A stretch of DNA of 44,174 nucleotides, from contig JYFJ02003281.1 in NCBI GenBank assembly GCA_000934665.2, positions 1 through 44,174 of the forward strand. Direction: 5' to 3'. The notes beneath the pieces are model-generated. The model made no database searches. It had not been told where the DNA came from and saw nothing but the letters and a program-made list of their open reading frames with translations. How positions within the stretch are numbered: position 1 is the first letter of the stretch; each line of letters opens with the position of its first letter. This document shows, in pieces, positions 35,761 through 44,174 of this stretch. Source of the DNA: Catajapyx aquilonaris. Its lineage: Eukaryota. The translations under genes were made by a program, and so were the position numbers.

Positions 35761-36789
35761 TCTCCCCTCTCATCATCCGCTATTCCAGATAGCCTCAATT
35801 GCTTTGGCTCCCCCAATCAACCAATGGGATTCCTTCGCCAACTCTTTATGCACATAAGAATTGAAGATGCACTAACCAGCAATGGTAGCCAGGTGGTCTG
35901 ATCATTCACAAGGGGATGGATGAAAATTTAAATTCTGCTGCACTCTACTATTACTTATCTTCCATTCCATCCCGAGTCTTAGAATAGGTAATGGAACTAC
36001 CCTGTCTGCCTCTTAGGCAGGAGTTACTACTCTGTATGGATCCTTCATGCTGAGTGGATTTGCACTTATTATAATAAAATAAGTCAAATCATCTTTGCAT
36101 AGTATTGTTGAATGATACAATTATTGTACCCAGTGACTGGGTTTTTTAAAATATTTAATATTGGCATTTTTGTGGTAGAATAGAATGTGAGGAGAAACAA
36201 GGGTACAGAAAATTCTTGCAGGGTGTGATAGAGAACCTGTAAAATCTTTTGGAAGGTCAAACTACTAGTGTCCCTAGGCTGGAATACTGGGGCTACAAAG
36301 ATTCTGTAGGTTGTGCAGCCTTGAAGGGGGATAAATGTTGGAGCCTTGGGAGAATTAGCATGTGGGATATATTTTTTAAGTGGAAGAGATATGCCCTGAT
36401 TTAAACAATGAATGTCTTTCCCATGTCACAGGCACTTGACCTGATCTCATCATTGCATTGTAGAGAGTCACATTAAATTTGTGCTATTCCTTTATGATGT
36501 TGAATGTAGGTTGCTCATTTCTCCCATTTTAAAAACTGGAGCGTGCCCTAAAATGCAGTGCTAGACTAAAATGCAACACTTTACTTTCTATTGTGAGGAA
36601 GTGAAAATAAAAGGAAGAGTAGTTTTCAATGATGACGTCTGATCTTTAGTCATCAACAACACTTGCCATTTTTCAGGAAGTACATTTTTTTTTTGCGTCA
36701 GATGCAGTAGTTATACTGTATTTTTATGAATAGTGCTAACTTAGAAAGTTTCAGGCGTTAGGCCACTAGTCCATCAAGCCTACTAGGCC

Positions 36790-37980
36790 ATCAAGGAAGA
36801 GGCAACAGAATGTTATCCCTCATCATCAATGTGCACTGGCACTGCGCAGCGTTAATTAGCTAACATTCCCTGAGCAATTGACCCTAAATCCTCCCCCGAA
36901 GTGAGTCAAGATATAAGAATGTGGCTCTACTTGTAAAATTACCAATTGGGTTTTTTTAAATGCTTCGTTCCAGTGGCCAATATTCATTCAGCCTGCCCAC
37001 CAGTCCTCCCTGTATAACTTGGGTGATATTACCGGAGATCTTCAGATTCCGATGCATACACTGAAGATACGTGGCACAAAGGATCATGAAGAGCGTTGGT
37101 TGCGTTGCAGGTCGGAACTAGAATTTCGGAAGGTGTGTGTACCACGGTCGGAACCGCGTACATCTTTTCTTGTAACTTAATCCTACACTGGTGAATCTCT
37201 CCCCATGCAAAGGTGGTTAGGGACACCCTGTATATTGTATACAGAGCGTCCGGTGTTATCAGCGGGACATTAACTGCAATGGCCACTACGTTTGGTGAAA
37301 TTAGGCACTCCGCCAATGCGAATTTGTAATAACTATTCAGATCATCAGTACCTATGACAATCTGATATCCCGCTTTCCTCACCCTTTGTTCCAAGCGAAT
37401 CAATACATAAGGTATTAACTCAATTTGGCAGTGAGTGACTGCATGCTGACGCAGCAAAAAGCGTTTGAGCTTGACTATCTCCCCAGCGATCCTCTGGTCA
37501 GACCGGAGTGTCGTCGGAGTCGGTAAAGATACCGGCGTCGGCATGAAGTCAAACTTCTGGCCAATTGTGGTTTGCAACAAAAGAGTTTAAAAGATTTGAG
37601 CTCGGCATCTGTGACAAAAAGAGACTTGACGTGACTATGAATCAAAAGGCAGCAATAATTTAACAAGGTCCCGTCGGAGGTTATCATCTGCCAATCCGTT
37701 TTCTGAGCCACCAGATGAGCCTCGTACCAAAACGCTTGGTACAATTGTCTGTCCATCCCTTCTCCCAGACGTGCTCCTGTACATTCCGTTGTATTGTCAT
37801 CGCATCTATGACTGCAGGTCATCTGTGTATCAGTCGATGCAATTTCGAAAATCAGTGGCACCGTAGTTGAGTGAACAACTGTTTCGGGTGACGTCTGAAA
37901 GTAAGTCCGGGTGTCACTCTCACCTTTGGGTCGGACCCCACCTGGCATACAAGAAGAAGTACAGCAAAGAGGGCAAGCAT
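36790..37980 (-). pseudogene. Frameshifted viral/LTR-retrotransposon envelope glycoprotein (baculovirus F / Gypsy env-like)
   Basis: A signal-peptide-like start at 37980 (MLALFAVLLLVCQVGS), then Cys-rich segments in shifting frames: VVHSTTVPLIFEI...CSHRCDDNTTEC; HCQIELIP...GYQIVIGTDDLNSYYKFALAECLISPNVVAIAVNVPLI...FAWGEIHQCRI; LVILQVEPHSYILTH...VNCSGNVS; QCQCTL. The family call is from pattern recall. Confidence 0.6.
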
Positions 37981-38809
37981 GGTTAGAAAAGTACGTACCT
38001 CGTACCTAACGTTCCAAGCAAGCCGAGATGAGACGCACTAAAGCAGAAGGTGACTTCCCTTTTATGCTTAATTTCCCCCCCCTTTTTCTTGTGGTATCCC
38101 TCCATGTTACCTTCCTGTTTATGGCTTTCATTTTGAACTTCGATTTATCGTTCTTCCCCTCCTTTCTGTTCCGGTTCCATTTGTGGTTGACCTCTTCCTC
38201 CACGTGGAACAAAGGGTCACCTTGCTAGGTATAGTTTGTCATGGTGGAAGTGACTCGTGGTAGAGTCATGATAGAATTAACGGCCTTCATGCTGTCTCGT
38301 CGTTATTCGTCTGCCATGCAAAGAGGTGCATTTTTTTTGGACTTCTGTTCTGTCTATGAACAATATCGAAATTCGAGATTATAACATCTGACTAGACTGT
38401 TCAACATCCTTGTCTAGGTCCTCTTATGAGTGATGCTTAATTTCCTAAATTAACCTATTATTACCTTACCGTTTATGTGATTTAGCTCTATATCCTATCG
38501 ATAAATGTTGCTAATTAGTTACAGCACATCCATCCTTGTGATTCCTAACGAGCTACATAGGAAGTCGTAATCATATCTAGTTTCCTGTAACGACTTCCTA
38601 TATGTCCGGTTGATATTTTTCAATTTTCTTCTTCTTCTTCTTATCCATGCCTTACTACAGCCAAGCATTAAACTCTTCTGCTGCAAGAATAATTTGATAC
38701 CTCTAGATACACAGTGAATGTACTTATTTTTGTGACAATAACAATGCCTTGAGCTTTATTCAGTCTTCTTGAAATAATTTACATCGAAATATGAATTTAT
38801 ATGAAGCAA

Positions 38810-40345
38810 CAATGCATAATTTATCTGAATATTTACTTGATGAGCACACTAGATTATTGCAGGTACCACAAAATATAGTATATCTTGCATGATGATTAAC
38901 TACGGCTACTTTCCTGTCCCACTATTAGCCATTGGTCCTTCTAATAAACAAACTTCCTCCGTAAGATTCCAACTTGGAGAAGGCCATTGCCAGCATCACT
39001 AACTAACAGTAGGATAAGAAAGTGTCGCCTAGGGGCTTGGATAAACTAGTCCACCAAGCATGTTCAGCAAGGCTGCTGTAGAACCACCATGCAATAATTT
39101 ATCTGCATAATTATCACACATGAGCAAACTAGACTTAGAGGTACCACCATTCACATTTCACTCATATGACACGTACCAGCTGCCTGCTTCATTTAGCAAT
39201 TTTTTGCAATCTGCTCACTTTGAGAGCTATAAAAATATAATTCGCTTCTAGCATGAGGTGGAATACGGTGTATATGTAAGAAGCACAGGCATGATGGAGG
39301 CTGTAAAATAATAAAGGTTGAAACATGTATAGATAAAAATGGATCAATTGCTGTATCTTGCATTCAGAAATTCATTGCAATTTAAGCATGAACTAATGCA
39401 TCTATTCAACTGGTAGTTAATATTTTGAGAACATCTAAGAGTAACTGTTGAGAAGTAAAGCTTAACAATTCAGTGCAAAAATTGCTTACTGAAACAGACA
39501 CCTCCGTAAACTCCTGAAAGAACTAACATATTTCATCTGTATTCCATACTTATGAGAAAACTATAACTTTTTCCAGGAACATATTTATCTGCATATCACA
39601 TATATCCTTAGCCAGGTATTCCTTCCCCAGCAACCATTAAGATTCATCCATATACTTTACATCACACAACACCATAATTTTTCAGGATCCGACACATTTC
39701 ATCTGTTTACAATTTGTAACAACGCCAGAATATTTCAGACACTGTTCCATGAGAATATCTGAAGCTCCTGCAAGAACTACAATTCGCATTTCATCTGTAT
39801 GCCATACCGTATGAGAAAACTAGATGATCTTGCAGAAACATGTGTCACAAATCCTTAGGCCAGTCCTCTCCAACTCCTCTGATATGGAAGGGTACTAAGA
39901 GTCTCCACCACCCTTGATATGGCGATGCAGGTGGTCTACTGTCCCCGAGCAGCTGGTGGGTGGGTCTGCTAACTGCTCCAGACTCAGCTGCAGCGGATAG
40001 AATGGTTTGGGTTGGTTCAGTGTCGTCCACCCAAACGTACTTGGGGACAGCAGAGCGGCTGCAGCGCCAAATCAAGGGTGGTGGAGACCGTCACCATAAG
40101 GCTAGGCTGGGAGTTGCAGGTGGCTGCCTTAGCCAACTATACTTTCCGTAACAAAAATTAATTTCCATTCGTATACTACGCAATAACTTTCATCCCTTTA
40201 CTCTATTCATGACAGTGCCAGAACATTTCAGGAACTGACATTAATATTTCATCTGCATATCAATATGGGCATTTCATACTTGCAAGTACTCTGCAACCAT
40301 TCACATTTTATCTGAATACAAACTAAACTTTGATGAGCATGTCTA
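38810..40345. repeat. Degenerate dispersed/tandem repeat array
   Basis: Recurrent ATTT(C)ATCTG(C/T/A)AT, often followed by ATGAG(A/C)AAACTAGA and TGCAGG(A/T)AC, near 38817, 39096, 39528, 39581, 39693, 39787, 40244 and 40302. Confidence 0.7.
39843..40153. mobile_element. GC-rich fold-back element with TGT...ACA termini (Ginger-like MITE or palindromic solo LTR)
   Basis: Ends TGTCAC / GTAACA. A core stem of about 60 bp (39901-39962 with 40027-40088) has weaker outer arms. No TSD is seen. Confidence 0.55.
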
Positions 40346-40363
40346 TGGCATGCATTCTGCTTT

Positions 40364-41800
40364 TTATTCAGCAAGATCAGTCTTCTTCTTAGCAGTCCAC
40401 TTGTCAACTTCGGCCTTAATTTCAGCAATATCTGCTGGTGTTGTCCGGCAGCAACCTCCTACATACCTCACCCCCAGATCCAGCCACTGGTTTACATATG
40501 AAGCAACAGGTTCCAGCCCTTCTCGGCCAGTCCATCCTTTTCCAGGGACCCAGTCTTCCCCTGCGTTTGGGTAGGCCACAAATGGGACTTCAGACTCCTG
40601 AGCAGACTTGAGGAGTGGTGACACAAGACAAGGTGGCGTGCAGTTGATTCCCAAGGCCACTATCTGCTCAGGATTCGTCTGGTAAGTTGACTTGACTGCC
40701 TCGGCAAACAAGTCACCTCCACAAGTGTGAGATTCATCCTGTACAACAAATTATTTCAAGTTAGTTGATGCCATTGCAACATAATTACACAGCAGGATTG
40801 CAGGAACATGCACTTGTACAGTGTTGGACAGTAATCGCGTCATACTGCCAGCGACATTTTCCGGAGCGGCAAAAGAACGAATCTTGCTCGCATGGCTTGG
40901 ACTATCCATTGCTTCGATTCGTTTTTCTGCACCTTCGGAAAATGTCGCTAGCAGTATGATGCGATTAATGTCCAACACTGGTGGGGAGGTGTAGATGGCC
41001 GAGATGGTAACGTCTTGGCTTGCTGAGTGAAAGGCCCCAGGTTCGATCCCCCCTGGGGAGTTTTCCTTTCACCTGCGTCAGGAAGGTTTCTGATCTGCAC
41101 TTTGGAGGTGTCTGATGGCAACCTAACCTCCTGGGGAACAGCACATGACCCCTTTACAGACCTTGCACTTGGACCTATGTTCCCTCCCCGAAAATCCCTA
41201 CCCTACATCCTTGACTCCTTGCAAGATTGATCAATATTCTCACGGCCTGTACTTCAGCCAAAATCTGCCAGTAGGATCCTTAGATGAAAGGCTAAGGCCT
41301 GGATGCATGTCAAGGATTTTATCAGTGTTAGGTTTATTGTTGCTAATCACTTATGGACAAAACCTCTGTCCACTGTCTACCTTCAGTGATGCAACCAAGC
41401 CTTAGAACTGTGACTTGCAACTTGACATGATATGTATGAAATGAGGCTCAATAATCAAGACAACAATTGGTGTGAGTAACATCAGTCACATGCTTTCTTC
41501 ATATGAAAGGAGTTGCCCAAGTTTTCCTTACTTTGCATGAGAACGACACCCATGCTTTTTGGTGTGGGAACTCCTTGAGAAGAGTGGCTACAGCCCGTGC
41601 CTCCTTAGCTGCAGGTAATGTCTCCACTGCCAGAAAGTCGACTCCAGCAGCTACTAAGGCAGCCATCCGTGGGCGGTGCCACTCGGCCAGTGTCTCCTCC
41701 GTAATGGCATCAATGTATGCACCATTGTATTCTGAGCCATCTCCTAAGGCTGCACCGTATGACCCAATGGATCCGGCCACCTTTAGTCCTGTGTGCTGGC
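40364..41800 (-). CDS. Homocysteine S-methyltransferase, last two exons
   Basis: Exon 41800-41532 (VAGSIGSYGAALGDGSEYNGAY...WHRPR...GVDFLAVETLP...AWVSFSCK) joins exon 40738-40364 (GINC...VAYPNAGE...VGGCCRTTPADI) in phase. The Zn-binding Cys motifs are present. Confidence 0.95.
40819..40980. mobile_element. 162-bp palindromic MITE (hAT-like CAGTGTTGG ends)
   Basis: CAGTGTTGGACAGTAATCGCGTCATACTGCCAGCGACATTTTCCG pairs with CGGAAAATGTCGCTAGCAGTATGATGCGATTAATGTCCAACACTG. Confidence 0.8.
40985..41060 (+). mobile_element. tRNA-derived SINE head (3' extent uncertain)
   Basis: A box ATGGCCGAGATGG and B box GGTTCGATCCC, without a convincing cloverleaf. Confidence 0.6.
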
Positions 41801-42187
41801 CTGTGGGTGATTGGAGTTGATGGTAGGTGAGTGAAAAATTGTGAAGTTTTTTACACAATGGTTTGGGCTGAGTTTAGCACAGTAAAATATGTCCGGAACA
41901 GATTGTGGATTCAGATTAACTAGTCCATTATGGAAACATTTGCATTACTTCTGGTGTGGAGAATTGAAACCTTTTTTCTACAAAAGGTTTTGTGGAACAG
42001 AGCAACTCTGATGCACATAGGTTTCATTGTATTGGATTTACCTGGTCCTCAAGCACTTGGAGGCAGGCAGGCAGGCGGGCGGGCAGGAGAGCAGGCATGC
42101 AGGCATAAAGATGGCGGGAAGAGAGGACTAGAGAACTTCAGCCGACATGGAGACAAGCACCAGAGGCGTTTTCTAATTCTAGTTGTA

Positions 42188-42913
42188 CAGGGTGGGGCAA
42201 AAGTCATGAGCGGATTAAAAGGACGCAGCATGGCATAAGTAACGAACAATGATATTTAAAAAAAATTACACTACACAGACAAAGATATGCCTTTATGGAT
42301 CAAGGTCCAAAAAAGTCACTTCTTGAAAACAACACCGGATAGATGTCCACCTTTACGGGCAACACATTATTTCTCCAAGTGGCGGACGAAACCCTTCATT
42401 ACGTGCTCCAGCATGTCCAGGGGAATGTTTCTCACGGCGTGTCTTATCTGATCCTTAAGATCAGCCAATGACTGAGGACATGTGGCAAACACCAAACTCT
42501 TCAGATACCCCCACAAGAAATCAGGGATGGTCAAATCCGGCGACCACGGAATGTCCCCAAATCTCGAAATGACCCGCCCAGGAAACATTTGACTTTTAAT
42601 TTGTTTGGTATTGGCCACACGTCCTCGGTCATTGGCTGATCTTAAGGATCAGATAAGACACGCTGTGAGAAACATTCCCCTGGACATGCTGGAGCTCGTT
42701 ATGAAGGGTTTCGTCTGGCACTTGAGGGAATAATGTGTTTCCCGCAAAGATGGACATCTATCCGGTGTTGTTTTCAAGAAGTGACTTTTTTGGACCTCGA
42801 TCCATAAATGGCATTTCTTTCTCTGTGTAGTGTAATTTAAAAGATATATATTATCGTTCGTTACTTACGCCATGCTGTCGTTTTAATCCGCCCATGACTT
42901 TTGCCCCACCCTG
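42188..42913. mobile_element. Fold-back Tc1/mariner derivative made of two inverted 3' ends
   Basis: TA-flanked CAGGGTGGGGCAAAAGTCATG termini with inverted arms of about 310 bp. The minus strand encodes a decayed transposase C-terminus (WSPDLTIPDFLWGYLKSLVF...LKDQIRHAVRNIP). Confidence 0.88.
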
Positions 42914-43368
42914 TATTTTCGACTGGCACAATTGCAACAGACAGTGGACACAAGTCCAAGTACATGGACAAGGGAAAAGCTTTTGATATTATTTTGACAA
43001 ATATTATGTTGTTTCAAGCAATTGAGTAAGCTGGTCTTTCAAGCTATTAAAGGCATCAAGAATGTTAGGCCTCTTTTATATGCAGGCTATGTCAGGCTGA
43101 ACATCGAAAATGCACATCAAGTGGAAAAACGACCACAACACATTGTGGTTGCATTGAAAATTGCCATGGCCCAAAATTACAGGTCATGGTCATTTTCAAA
43201 GCAGCTACAAGGTGCTCTGAACTAAACGAAAATGCCATGATGCGAATTTCGTTTCGTGGTCTCTTCAGAAAATGACCATTAACATGTTGTCAGTTTCTCG
43301 TTTCCCACTACACGATATGTATGCTGGTAATAAATCACCCCATTGTTGTTTGGAAAATGGTTGCAATA

Positions 43369-43937
43369 CAGAAAACTTCTATAAGTCGAATCTCCATGGG
43401 ACCGGAAAAAAAGTTATAGAAGATTCGAGTTAGAGAAGTTTGGATTTTTTAAAGCACGTAACTTTATGAGGAAGCCTACCTGTATATCCAGCAACGAAAG
43501 GTGTTCATAACTTAAAAATAACTGTTACTATCACACTTACAATGTTCGTCGTTGTTTTGTTGTACAAAAATCTCAGTTGTGGACATTTCCTACACTTAGA
43601 TGTAAGGATTCAATTGTCACAATTGAGTCAAACACTTCTTTCAGTACGTCTGGTAGACTGAGATCAGGTAATTGAGCCTTTCTGTACCTGTGGCCTACTC
43701 TCGACCCTTCGGCTGGGAAATGAGAAAATTTTCCGTACTCGCCAACATGAACTTCGACTTAGGGAGACTGAAATGCATTGATATCCCATGGTAAGGCCCT
43801 ACCTGCACTTCGAGTTATAGAAATTTGAGTTAGGGAAGTTTATTTCCTATTATTTTACATTGTGACCAACCAAGCTTGTCATTTTCTTCGACTTAGAACT
43901 TCGACTTAGGGAAGTTCGACTTATAGAAGTTTTACTG
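43369..43937. mobile_element. pogo/Tigger-like MITE
   Basis: TA-flanked TIRs CAGAAAACTTCTATAAGTCGAA / TTCGACTTATAGAAGTTTTACTG, with repeated subterminal TTCGA(C/G)TTA motifs. Confidence 0.8.
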
Positions 43938-44082
43938 TAACTATAAGGAAGCCTACGTTTATATCCACCAACGACAGGTGTTCAAAACTTAAAAATAACT
44001 CTCACTATCACACACAATGTTCCTCGTTGTTTTGTTGTAAAAAAAAAACTCTGTTATGTACATTTGCCTATTCAATTATCTA

Positions 44083-44174
44083 CAGGGTTGGGCAAAATGT
44101 ATGGCCTGATTTGAATCACGTGGTACGGTGGTGCTGTTTGAGCATGCAAGGGATATGGGCATGTGCTGGAGTAA
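44083..44174. mobile_element. End of another Tc1/mariner element, truncated by the window edge
   Basis: TA followed by CAGGGTTGGGCAAAA, similar to the TIR at 42188. Confidence 0.55.

Noticed and set aside
38810..40345. CRISPR-like repeat-spacer interpretation
   Set aside because: Repeats are highly degenerate and irregularly spaced, the context is eukaryotic, and there are no cas genes.

Overview
Eukaryotic, intron-rich genomic DNA from an arthropod, probably an insect (inferred from gene content). Spliced genes reconstructed by hand from GT-AG sites and codon phase: an internal part of a DPP4/DPP10-family peptidase (-), the 3' part of AMBRA1 (+), a Pro-rich fs(1)K10-like unit whose exons splice in phase to NUFIP1 (+), a two-exon gene encoding only the DNA-binding half of a rosa-type Tc1/mariner transposase (-) head-to-head with PCID2 (+), MED11 (-), ARHGEF7/beta-PIX (+), and the 3' part of a homocysteine S-methyltransferase (-). 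Non-coding DNA holds many MITEs (Tc4/Tc5-, Kolobok-, Harbinger-, hAT-, mariner- and pogo-like), tRNA-derived SINEs, a decayed viral-type envelope gene, a degenerate repeat array and several long hairpins. The best candidates for novelty are the apparently domesticated transposase DNA-binding gene and the K10/NUFIP1 composite locus. All family assignments rest on recalled motifs, not database searches.
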